Source of the DNA: Bacteroidales bacterium
GTDB lineage: Bacteria; Bacteroidota; Bacteroidia; Bacteroidales; UBA12077
DNA: 64,000 bases
Direction of reading: 5' to 3'
Assembly: GCA_028282585.1 (NCBI GenBank)
Contig: JANQHR010000172.1
Span: forward strand, 1 to 64,000
This document shows positions 48,329 to 57,462 of the stretch, piece after piece (position 1 is the first letter of the stretch; the number at the start of each line of letters is the position of its first letter). A program made the position numbers and the translations under genes. The notes under the pieces were generated by a model, which saw nothing but the letters and a program-made list of their open reading frames with translations, searched no databases and was not told where the DNA came from.

Positions 48329-49075
48329 TTAGACTTTACGAAGTGTTGATAATTGTAAAAATCGGTCGTTTTTGTTACGGTATAATTCTTTTGGTGTAGT
48401 ACCTGTGTACTGCTTTATGCTTTTAATGAAATGAGCCTGGTCGTAATAATCCTTTTCGGGAAACAATTGTCCGTTTGCTATTTGAGGGAAAGAAGAATTA
48501 CATTTCAGGATGTTGCAAAATTTTTTGAGAGAAAATCCAAAATTGTTGTTAAAATATCTGTTGAGTTGCCTACTGCTCCAAAAAGTCCTTTCGGAAAGTT
48601 CCTTGACAGTTATCTCGCCCTTTTGTTCATAAATGATTTTGAAAAGTTCAAATTTTCGGTTGTCAATACTTTTTAGGTTTTTTAAACTGTACATTATTTT
48701 CCGGGATAGAGAAGATGTAAATTTTTCAAAGTTTTGGAAAGGAAGATTTTCAGCACCCAAGAATGTTAACGGAAGTTCTGTTCTGGTGTTTTTTAACTCT
48801 TTGATGGACTGTTTAAATATATATTCAGATGCGATTAGCTTAAAACGTACTCCAATCATTTTGGTGTTTTGGGGAATTGATATTTTGATTTGTTTTGTCC
48901 AGACTCCCGTTAATGATATTCCCGAAATCAGCCCGTTTCGGAATTCAAAAATCAGATCGAAAAATCCATCCGGAAGAATTTCATAAGTGCATTTCTTTTT
49001 GGTGTTCTCAAACTCCCAAAAACTTTTTATGAAATTGGAAATAAATCCTTTGGTATGTTTTTCCTGATAGTTCAA
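48329..49075 (-). CDS. AraC-type regulator with an N-terminal DUF6597-like domain
   Basis: ILPDG.FDLIF, SSRQLNRYF and YYDQAHFIK..K.YTG.TP patterns. Confidence 0.85.
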   Translation of the reverse strand: MNYQEKHTKGFISNFIKSFWEFENTKKKCTYEILPDGFFDLIFEFRNGLISGISLTGVWTKQIKISIPQNTKMIGVRFKLIASEYIFKQSIKELKNTRTELPLTFLGAENLPFQNFEKFTSSLSRKIMYSLKNLKSIDNRKFELFKIIYEQKGEITVKELSERTFWSSRQLNRYFNNNFGFSLKKFCNILKCNSSFPQIANGQLFPEKDYYDQAHFIKSIKQYTGTTPKELYRNKNDRFLQLSTLRKV

Positions 49076-49087
49076 GGTAGTCTTTTA

Positions 49088-49280
49088 AATGGTACGTAAC
49101 GCTTAACCTGATGTTCAAGTCCCAACAGTTATCGGGCAAGACAGGGTCGTTCGTTGACCTGTCTGTTGGCATGCAGGCAGTGGAACAAATGTAATAAAAA
49201 CCCAACTGGCTAGCAAGGCAGGTTGTCAAACCATTATAAATACCTGCATACTTTATAAGTCAATATGTTATAAATTGTTT
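49088..49280 (-). repeat. Degenerate attC-like cassette boundary
   Basis: Minus strand: TTATAAC shortly after the stop of the upstream gene and GTTACGT just before the next gene. Confidence 0.4.
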
Positions 49281-49285
49281 TTAGT

Positions 49286-49834
49286 TTATTTTTTTCTCAA
49301 ACGTTTGAGAAAATGAAGATTGACCGAAAACACAATTATCAATGAAATTACACTCATTATAAATAAAAGCTTTAAATATCTATCAGTCTTGAAAGTAAAT
49401 GATTCAAGATTTACTATTGATATAACTTCTATTTCATTTTCAGGGTCGGAAGAATAGCAAAACAAATACTTCGAATTTTCATTTTCAATAATTTCATGTC
49501 CGATCCAGCCTAATTTTTCTTCAAGAACAACATTTACTTTATCCATTATAAAACCAAACTGACCACGATTAATAACAGTTTTTAGAGTGTCAAGTTTTTT
49601 AAAACCTTTAATAAAATACATTTCGCTTTGATAATATCCCAAGTCAAGAATATCTATTGACTTATTGCATTGATTAAATACTTCAACTGTATGATTTGTC
49701 TTGTCACTAACAAAATTAATTGCTGTTTCAATACTTTCTCTTGTTGATGCTTTAACAAAATAATAAGCCGGAATTGAGAAAAAGAATAAATTAATCAAAG
49801 TTAATGTCAAAGTAGTTAAAACTGGTTTTTTCAT
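49286..49834 (-). CDS. Hypothetical 2-TM membrane protein (likely start 49834)
   Basis: N- and C-terminal TM segments flanking a soluble domain. Confidence 0.65.
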   Translation of the reverse strand: MKKPVLTTLTLTLINLFFFSIPAYYFVKASTRESIETAINFVSDKTNHTVEVFNQCNKSIDILDLGYYQSEMYFIKGFKKLDTLKTVINRGQFGFIMDKVNVVLEEKLGWIGHEIIENENSKYLFCYSSDPENEIEVISIVNLESFTFKTDRYLKLLFIMSVISLIIVFSVNLHFLKRLRKK

Positions 49835-50207
49835 AGTTAAAATCAAACATCATGTATAATGGACTGCAAGTATTAAGTCAGAGGAATTCGCCATGTTTTA
49901 GCGCCGCCCGACACTGAAATATAAAATTAGTAAATAAATGTCAGACTTTAAAATTACCTGTTTGCATCTGTTGTTACGATTTATGCACTTAAGGTACTTA
50001 CATTTCAGGTTAGTAATACAAAGATAAAGTATTATAATAAATATCTATAAAAGGCAAATAAAATAGAAGGTGTTTACTATAAATAATCATTTCTATATTG
50101 GCAATATAATTGTAAATTGCCGAATATTGATTTTAGAATTTTTTGTATAACTTTTTATACTTGTTCGTTGAATATAGATACCTCTGTTAAATATTTAAAT
50201 TTTGCTT

Positions 50208-51917
50208 ATGAAAAATTGGAAGAATTATATTAGAATATCAGCAATAGCACTAATTCTAATGAATGCAATCGTTATGCAGGCTCAAAGTGATTACTTAAGC
50301 GATAACGAGTTAGAGCAGCAAATTGATAGTATTTTTAGTGAATATGATGATATTAATAAACCGGGAATTGCTATTGCCGTTGTAAAAAATGATAAAATCG
50401 CCTTTAAAAAAGGATATGGTAGTGCGAACCTTGAGTATGATATTCCGGTTACTACTAATACGATATTTCATATAGCCTCAGTGTCAAAGCAATTCACAGT
50501 TTTTTCAATTTTACTGCTAGAAAATCAAGGGAAGTTGACGCTTGATGATGATATAAGAAAATATATACCTGAATTACCGAATTTTGGGAAAGTAATCACC
50601 CTAAAACATTTAGCGACTCATACAAGTGGTTTAAGAGATCAATGGAATTTATTAACAATGGCTGGTTGGAGAATGGATGATGTAATTACAACGGAGCAAG
50701 TGTTTAAATTGATTCTTAATCAAAAAGAATTAAATTTTGAACCTGGAGAGAAATATTACTATAGTAATACGGGCTTTACTCTATTAGCAGAAGTAGTAGA
50801 AAGGATTTCTGGACAATCATTTACTTCATTTACTGAGGATAATATATTTAAACCTTTAAAAATGAATAGCACTTTTTTTTATGATGATCATGAAAAAATC
50901 GTTAAGAACAGAGCTTATTCATATTATAAAGATAGTACGGGTTACAAAAAAAGAGTACTAAGTTACGCAACTGTAGGACCAACAAGTCTATTTACCACAA
51001 TTGAAGATATAAGCCTATGGATTATGAATTTTTCAAATCCAATAATAGGAAATGTTGATATTATTAATCAAATGAACACTTTAGCCATATTAAATAATGG
51101 AAAGACTTTCGGTGGAGCTTATGGACAATTTGTTGGTAAATATAAAGGTTTGAATAGAATTAGTCATGGGGGAGCTGATGCTGGTTATCGAACATATCTA
51201 GGGCGTTTTCCCGATCAAGATTATTCTATTGTACTATTTAGTAATTATGCACATACAAATTCCGGAAGATTGGCTATGAAAGTAACTGATTTATTCTTAA
51301 AAGAACATTTTGAGTCTGATGATGCAACAGACAGAAATTCAGTAGCTGAATTTAAACATGTAAAACCTCCAGAGGCTAAGGATTTTATTGGGAGCTACTG
51401 GAATGAGGAAAGTATGTATTCGAGGAAAATTTATATCAAGAAAGACACCTTAATGTATTCGAGAGGTAAAGGAAATGAAAGTATCCTTACGCCAATAGGT
51501 GATTATTCTTATCAAATGTTAAATGTTGATGTCAATTTAATAGTAAAATTTAAAGCAACAGATTCAACCAAGTTAATGATTGTAACGATAGACGATGGCG
51601 ATCCCATCTTATATGAATATTACAATCCTGCTAATTATTTGGAAGATGATCTGGAAGAGTTTACCGGTACTTTCCGGAGTGATGAGCTAAGTACTTCATA
51701 TGACATTGTTATAGAAAATGGAAAACTTGTACTAAAGCATAGCAGAAAAAGTGTCATTTCATTAGATCCGTTAAAAAAAGATATCTTTAAAACTAATAAA
51801 TGGTTCTTTGGTATTGTCAAATTTGAACGCAATTCAAAAAATGAAATTACTGGAATGCGCTCTTCAAGTGGTCGCGTTCAAAATTTATATTTTGAAAAAG
51901 TTGCTCAAAATAATTAA
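50208..51917 (+). CDS. Secreted serine hydrolase, beta-lactamase/AmpC-like family with a C-terminal extension
   Basis: SxxK (ASVSKQF), YSN and HGG motifs; signal peptide. Confidence 0.9.
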   Translation: MKNWKNYIRISAIALILMNAIVMQAQSDYLSDNELEQQIDSIFSEYDDINKPGIAIAVVKNDKIAFKKGYGSANLEYDIPVTTNTIFHIASVSKQFTVFSILLLENQGKLTLDDDIRKYIPELPNFGKVITLKHLATHTSGLRDQWNLLTMAGWRMDDVITTEQVFKLILNQKELNFEPGEKYYYSNTGFTLLAEVVERISGQSFTSFTEDNIFKPLKMNSTFFYDDHEKIVKNRAYSYYKDSTGYKKRVLSYATVGPTSLFTTIEDISLWIMNFSNPIIGNVDIINQMNTLAILNNGKTFGGAYGQFVGKYKGLNRISHGGADAGYRTYLGRFPDQDYSIVLFSNYAHTNSGRLAMKVTDLFLKEHFESDDATDRNSVAEFKHVKPPEAKDFIGSYWNEESMYSRKIYIKKDTLMYSRGKGNESILTPIGDYSYQMLNVDVNLIVKFKATDSTKLMIVTIDDGDPILYEYYNPANYLEDDLEEFTGTFRSDELSTSYDIVIENGKLVLKHSRKSVISLDPLKKDIFKTNKWFFGIVKFERNSKNEITGMRSSSGRVQNLYFEKVAQNN

Positions 51918-52016
51918 AACTGAAAGAAACTTACTAAATTTAAACTACTTAAAGATTTATCTACTAATAGGCAATGCCTATGCCTTTACATAGCAATAAT
52001 TGTTAGAAGCAGGCAT

Positions 52017-52463
52017 TTACAATTTTTTCTTCAGATAAACCATATCAATAAGTTGTATTCCGTCTTCAAACATTGGGTGGTCATAATTATCGGTAAAAAA
52101 ATTCTTTATAAAATGAGATTTTTTAAATCCGCAACTTTCATAAAATGACAATATTGTCGGAGTTTCACCTGTTCCGACAAGCATTGTTTTATAGTTGTTT
52201 TTGTAATAATCTGAAACAAAATTTATTAGAGCTTTAGCATATCCTTTACCTTGGTATTTTTTATATGTTGCTATATTTTTCAATTCGCAGGTTTCTTTGT
52301 CTATTGCTACAACAACACAAACAGTCTTCAAATCATCATCGTATAGCGCAAACATATCGCCACTTTCCAAATATCTGTCAATCATATCCTCTTGTTCGTC
52401 TGCTAATAGCAATAAATCAAGGTATTGCTTCTTGTTATTGGTAATTTTTTCTATTTTCACCAT
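52017..52463 (-). CDS. GNAT N-acetyltransferase
   Basis: [20 protein letters not shown] and FYE.CGF patterns. Confidence 0.9.
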   Translation of the reverse strand: MVKIEKITNNKKQYLDLLLLADEQEDMIDRYLESGDMFALYDDDLKTVCVVVAIDKETCELKNIATYKKYQGKGYAKALINFVSDYYKNNYKTMLVGTGETPTILSFYESCGFKKSHFIKNFFTDNYDHPMFEDGIQLIDMVYLKKKL

Positions 52464-52606
52464 ATCTTGTTTTATTTCCTAATTTGTCAAGTTTTATTTT
52501 CCTTCATATCATCCCGCTTTACCCTCTCCCAATGTTTTATAAGCTGCTATGAGAAAAGTATAGGCCTATGCGTGTTAGCGGCTGGTATTCATATTTTTGG
52601 TCAAAA

Positions 52607-53098
52607 TTATACAGTCTTGGCAAAAAGAATCATATAATTATTCCCAAATTTCTTAGCACATTTTGGACAATAAGCATAATGGATGTAATAATCCTTTACT
52701 TTTTTACCCTGTTCTTTTAGTTTTTTATCCATTGCCTTGATGTGTTTGGGAACGGAATTGTACGGACCATCAAATACTCCAGCCTCAAAGGTACCTGTCA
52801 GTGTCGTGTTTTCTGCTCCTTCAATAGGTTTAGTTACAGAATAAAATATTTCTGATTTAAATACTGAAGGGTCATGAAACATCACGAGAGCATCTGATAT
52901 ATCAGGAATATTAGCCTCAGCTTTTTCCGCTAAATTACATAGTATATTCATTCTTTTTCCAATCATTGATGGAAGCGGAATATGAAAAAATGTAGGAACA
53001 GATGCTTTGATAAAAGGCTTTTCATTCCAATCAAATGTTTTGTTATCCCATTTATTTACTTCAAATTTTGGACAACAGATGTCTTGTTTTTCAGTCAT
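52607..53098 (-). CDS. Conserved hypothetical protein ('hydrolase'/GyrI-like) with CCP and CPKC motifs
   Basis: CCPKF, VFDGPY and YAYCPKCAKKFG.NY patterns. Confidence 0.75.
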   Translation of the reverse strand: MTEKQDICCPKFEVNKWDNKTFDWNEKPFIKASVPTFFHIPLPSMIGKRMNILCNLAEKAEANIPDISDALVMFHDPSVFKSEIFYSVTKPIEGAENTTLTGTFEAGVFDGPYNSVPKHIKAMDKKLKEQGKKVKDYYIHYAYCPKCAKKFGNNYMILFAKTV

Positions 53099-53109
53099 AA
53101 AAAATGTAG

Positions 53110-53341
53110 TTAATTAATAATACTTTTAATATGCAATAGTTTGATTTTCTTTTTGATATAATCCTTATCTAATAATTCTAATCTATTTTATTATTTCTTT
53201 TGGGAAGCCAATAGGGTCTTGTTCTATATAACTCTTGATCGTACTTTCGTTAAACAATCTACATTTTTCACAAATTATATAACCAAAAAAATCGCACCCT
53301 TCATTATCACAGTTAAAGCAGTTTTTGTCGGTTTTGCTCAT
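53110..53341 (-). pseudogene. Frameshifted small Zn-finger-like gene
   Basis: MSKTDKNCFNC..ICEKC..PKEIIK* stops at 53183; a shifted frame continues NRLELLDKDYIKKKIKLLHIKSIIN* to 53110. Confidence 0.55.
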
Positions 53342-53601
53342 AATAATATTAATTTAAGACCGTGTCATACTTGCCGCTAATTTGTTTTATCAGAACATTT
53401 TATACTGATAACTTCCCAGATAAGAAGTATAAAAGGACAAATAATGTCATTAATTATTTATATGAAATTATAAATAAAATCAAACATGAACAATTCCTTA
53501 TTTGCATTGTTTTTTTTATAATTAACATAATTATTAACATTTTTTTGTTTAAGTGTAAATTATATGCGTATCTTCGCATTAAATTATTTTAATACCAAAT
53601 T

Positions 53602-53793
53602 ATGAATAAAGGAAAAGTAAAATTTTTTAATGAATCTAAAGGTTACGGATTTATTAAAGACATCGAATCAGAAAAAGAATATTTTGTTCATGTTTCTGGT
53701 CTAATCGACGAAATTAATGAAAACGACGAAGTTACTTTCGAATTACAAGAAGGTAAAAAAGGTTTGAATGCAGTAAATGTGAAATTAGCTTAG
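53602..53793 (+). CDS. Cold-shock protein (CspA family)
   Basis: GKVKFFNESKGYGFI and YFVHVS RNP motifs. Confidence 0.96.
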   Translation: MNKGKVKFFNESKGYGFIKDIESEKEYFVHVSGLIDEINENDEVTFELQEGKKGLNAVNVKLA

Positions 53794-53824
53794 ACTAAAG
53801 ATATTTAATGCTCATTAATGAAGT

Positions 53825-53856
53825 AAAGCCCTGTACAAAGCAACAGGGCTTTTTTT
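53825..53856 (+). terminator. csp terminator
   Basis: AAAGCCCTGT..ACAGGGCTTT plus a T-run. Confidence 0.78.
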
Positions 53857-53945
53857 ATATTCTTTTTTTTAAACTTTATTCGTGTAAAAGCATCAAATTG
53901 TTAACTTTATGCCTTTAAAAGTTAGTAACCTTAAATATTTATAAA

Positions 53946-56039
53946 ATGAAAAAACTATTATTAATTCTTATTGCTTTTGCTATGATAGCAGTATCATGTA
54001 ATATGGAAGTAAAAGAAACCAATCCATTATTGGCAGAATGGGATACTCCATTTAAAGTTCCTCCGTTCGAAGAAGTAGAAATTGAGCATTTTGCTCCTGC
54101 TTTTGAAGAAGCTATGAAACAGCATAAAGCTGAAATGGAAGCGATTTTATCAAATCCTGAAGAACCAACTTACGAAAACACCATCGAAGCATCTTACTAT
54201 TCAGGTAAGTTATTAGGTAATGTAAGTACTGTATTCTGGACATTTAACTCTGTTAATATCACTGATGAAATCCAGGCGCTGGCTCAGGAACTTCTACCTA
54301 AATTATCAGCTCATAGCGACGAAATCAGACTTGATCCCAGATACTTTGAAAAAGTAAAAGTTGTTTACGAAAACAGAGATCAGTATGAATTAACAGAAGA
54401 GCAGTTATTTTTATTAGAAAACGATTACAAAAGTTTTATCCGCAGCGGTGCTGCATTACCAGAAGATAAAAAAGAAGAACTTAAGAAAATTAACCAGGAA
54501 CTATCAAGTTTAACTTTGAAGTTTAGCCAAAATGTTCTTGGTGAGGTTAATAAATTTAAATTGGTTGTTACCGACGAAGCCGACCTTGCCGGATTACCGG
54601 AAACTTCAATTCAGGCTGCAAAAGAAGCTGCTAAAAAGGATAGTATTGAAGGCTGGGTATTTACCATCAATAAACCAAGTATGATTCCTTTCATACAGTA
54701 TGCAGATAACAGAGAATTAAGAAAAGAAATCTATGATGCATATATAAATCAGGGAAATAATAATGATGAGTATGATAACAAAGAGATCTTGAAAAAAATT
54801 ATCAACTTAAGAGTTCAGAGATCTCAACTTTTAGGATATGAAAATCATGCCTCATTGAGAACTGAAAACAGAATGGCCCAAAATCCTGAAAGAGTATTTA
54901 ACTTGTTAAATCAATTATGGGATGGAATTCTTCCGAAGGTTAAAGAAGAAAGAGCTGCTTTACAAGCTATGATTGATAAAGAAGGTGGTAATTTCAAGTT
55001 AGAACCTCACGACTGGTTTTATTACACTGAAAAACTTCGTAAAGAAAAATATGATTTAGATGAAAGCGAAGTCCGTCCTTATTTTGAGTTAGAAAATGTA
55101 CGTCAGGGTATTTTTGATGTTGCGGAAAAATTATTTGGAATTACATTTACTCAATTAGAAGGAATTCCGGTTCCACATCCGGAAACTACAGTTTATGAGG
55201 TAAAAGAAGCTGACGGATCTCATTTAGCGGTATTTTTTATGGATATGCATCCAAGAGCCAGTAAAAGAGGTGGCGCATGGTGCAGTGGATTCAGGGATCG
55301 TTACATTAAAGATGGTAAAGAAATTACTCCTTTAGTAACTAATGTATGTAATTTTACTCGTCCGACTGGCGATACTCCTGCTCTATTAAGTGCTGATGAA
55401 GTTAGTACCATGTTCCACGAGTTTGGACATGCTTTAGATGGAATGTTTGCCGAATCATCTTATCCTAACGGATACATAGCATGGGATTTTGTTGAGTTAC
55501 CATCACAAATTATGGAGCATTGGGCATTCGAACCTGAAGTTCTTAAAATGTATGCTATGCATTACGAAACTGGTGAAGTAATTCCTGATGAGTTAATTAA
55601 AAAATTAGAGGCGAGTGCAAACTTTAACCAGGGTTTTGCTTTAACTGAAGTTTTAGCTGCTTCGCTATTGGATATGAAATTCCATATGAAGACGGAAGTT
55701 GATCCTAATTTGGAAGTAATGGATTTTGAAAAAGAATATATGGCTGAAATAGGATTAATTCCTGAAATTTATTCAAGATATCGTTCAACTTATTTCCGCC
55801 ATATTATGGGTGGATATGATGCTGGCTACTATTCTTATACATGGGCAAGTGTACTTGATAATGATGCATTTGAAGCTTTCAAAGAAACTGATATTTTCGA
55901 TCAGGCTACTGCAAAAGCATTTAGAGATAATGTTCTTGCAATGAATGGTATTAAAGATGCAATGGAAATGTACGTTGGATTCCGTGGTCGTGAACCAAAA
56001 ACAGAAGCTCTTCTAAAGAGTTTAGGAATTGAGAATTAA
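53946..56039 (+). CDS. dcp: M3 metallopeptidase lipoprotein (peptidyl-dipeptidase Dcp)
   Basis: Lipobox AVSC; KRGGAW; FHEFGH; DFVELPSQ; GYYSY. Confidence 0.92.
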   Translation: MKKLLLILIAFAMIAVSCNMEVKETNPLLAEWDTPFKVPPFEEVEIEHFAPAFEEAMKQHKAEMEAILSNPEEPTYENTIEASYYSGKLLGNVSTVFWTFNSVNITDEIQALAQELLPKLSAHSDEIRLDPRYFEKVKVVYENRDQYELTEEQLFLLENDYKSFIRSGAALPEDKKEELKKINQELSSLTLKFSQNVLGEVNKFKLVVTDEADLAGLPETSIQAAKEAAKKDSIEGWVFTINKPSMIPFIQYADNRELRKEIYDAYINQGNNNDEYDNKEILKKIINLRVQRSQLLGYENHASLRTENRMAQNPERVFNLLNQLWDGILPKVKEERAALQAMIDKEGGNFKLEPHDWFYYTEKLRKEKYDLDESEVRPYFELENVRQGIFDVAEKLFGITFTQLEGIPVPHPETTVYEVKEADGSHLAVFFMDMHPRASKRGGAWCSGFRDRYIKDGKEITPLVTNVCNFTRPTGDTPALLSADEVSTMFHEFGHALDGMFAESSYPNGYIAWDFVELPSQIMEHWAFEPEVLKMYAMHYETGEVIPDELIKKLEASANFNQGFALTEVLAASLLDMKFHMKTEVDPNLEVMDFEKEYMAEIGLIPEIYSRYRSTYFRHIMGGYDAGYYSYTWASVLDNDAFEAFKETDIFDQATAKAFRDNVLAMNGIKDAMEMYVGFRGREPKTEALLKSLGIEN

Positions 56040-56061
56040 TAATTCTTTGATATATAGATTG

Positions 56062-56090
56062 AAAACCGCTCTGGCAAGAGCGGTTTTTTT
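56062..56090 (+). terminator. dcp terminator
   Basis: AAAACCGCTCT-GGCA-AGAGCGGTTTT plus a T-run. Confidence 0.8.
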
Positions 56091-56179
56091 CATGTGCTAA
56101 AAAACGCATTTCACGAACCGTTTTTTTCAGTTTAGGTTATTTTAGTAAAAGAAGAAACTATTACTCTTTATATTTGACA

Positions 56180-56276
56180 AAGAATAATCCATATATAAAG
56201 TTAGCAGGGAACGAATATAGTTTTTATCATAGTAGTGAGTTTTTAGTGAAGCCTTCCATACCGGGAGGCTTTTTTG
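56180..56276 (+). ncRNA. Candidate LytTR-controlled small RNA (about 95 nt)
   Basis: TATATTTG -7 element at 56169; no ORF; own terminator AAGCCTTCC-ATACC-GGGAGGCTTTTTT at 56249-56275. Confidence 0.5.
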
Positions 56277-56294
56277 TTTAGGAAAAAACATTTT

Positions 56295-56364
56295 CATTTC
56301 ATGCACATATTATATCACTTCACGAACATATTTAAAAATAAGCACTTCGAGCTTAATACATTTG
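56295..56364 (+). promoter_or_regulatory. LytTR direct repeats and -7 element of the RND operon
   Basis: CATTTCATGCACATAT (56295) and CACTTCACGAACATAT (56316), 21 bp apart; TACATTTG at 56357. Confidence 0.65.
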
Positions 56365-56391
56365 TTTCAAAACAATTTAAAATCTTATCAA

Positions 56392-57462
56392 ATGAAAAAG
56401 AATAGAATTTTGTACAGTATAGTTATGTTCAGTTTGGTTTTTGCATTTGGTTGTAAAGATGTAATTACTGATCAGGTTGAAGTTGCAAAACTTGTTAAAG
56501 TGGAGCAAGTATCTAATTATCAAAACGCCGATTATTTAACATTTAATGGCAAAGTTAAAGAAAAGAGTTTGACTATGTTGTCGTTCCGGGTAGGTGGACC
56601 ATTGGTTAAAACAAATGTAAACGCAGGTGACTATGTAAATGCAGGTGAAATTATTGCCCAAATCGATAAACGTGATTACAAGGTTCAATTGGATAACGCC
56701 GAAGCTCAATTTGAACAATTAAAGGGTGAATATGAAAGATATAAAGAACTCTTTGAAAAAGAAAAAATACCTGCTAATACTTATGAAAAAGTTGAATCAG
56801 GTTATAAAATGGCTAAGGCCGGATATAAAAATGCACTGAATCAGTTAAACGACACTGAATTAAAGGCACCTATTTCAGGATATATTCACGAAAAAATGGT
56901 TGAGAATTTTAATACAGTTGGACCAGGCCAGCCAATTGTTTCTATAATTGATATGTCTCAACTGGAGATTATCATTCATGTTCCTGAAACGCAAGTTTTA
57001 GATATCAAACAACATCAAAAAAGTTACTTGTCAGTAAAGAATGCAAATGTTTATGATATTCCTGTTAAATTAAAAAGTGTAAACGAAAAAACCGGGAGCG
57101 ATGGACTTTACGAAGTAAGGTTTGTTTTGGAAAACAAAGATAATTATAACATTTATCCGGGGATGACAGCCGAAGTAAAAGTAACTTCTGATGATGAAAC
57201 TGATGTAATAAAAATATCTTCAAATGCTGTATTTATGAAAGATAATGCAACATATGTTTGGGTTTATAATTCCGGTAAACAGCAAATTCAGAAGAGAAAA
57301 GTTACCATTGCCAGTATAAAACCTGAAGGTCGCTTAAAAGTAATTAAAGGTTTACAAAAAGGTGATTTTGTTGTTACAGCGGGAGTTCACTCATTAATTG
57401 ATGGCCAAAAAGTTAAACCAATCAGTCATGCATCATCAACAAATATAGGAGGTTTATTATAA
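56392..57462 (+). CDS. RND efflux membrane-fusion lipoprotein (likely start 56392)
   Basis: Lipobox AFGC; LSFRVGG, LKAPISG, PGMTA and GL.KGD.VVTAG motifs. Confidence 0.9.
   Translation: MKKNRILYSIVMFSLVFAFGCKDVITDQVEVAKLVKVEQVSNYQNADYLTFNGKVKEKSLTMLSFRVGGPLVKTNVNAGDYVNAGEIIAQIDKRDYKVQLDNAEAQFEQLKGEYERYKELFEKEKIPANTYEKVESGYKMAKAGYKNALNQLNDTELKAPISGYIHEKMVENFNTVGPGQPIVSIIDMSQLEIIIHVPETQVLDIKQHQKSYLSVKNANVYDIPVKLKSVNEKTGSDGLYEVRFVLENKDNYNIYPGMTAEVKVTSDDETDVIKISSNAVFMKDNATYVWVYNSGKQQIQKRKVTIASIKPEGRLKVIKGLQKGDFVVTAGVHSLIDGQKVKPISHASSTNIGGLL

Noticed and set aside
50208-51917. Antibiotic-resistance beta-lactamase
   Set aside because: SxxK/YxN/HGG with a long C-terminal extension is typical of broad serine hydrolases and peptidases; resistance cannot be inferred
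53362-53592. 76-aa ORF upstream of the cold-shock gene
   Set aside because: GTG start and low-complexity AT-rich sequence overlapping the csp promoter region
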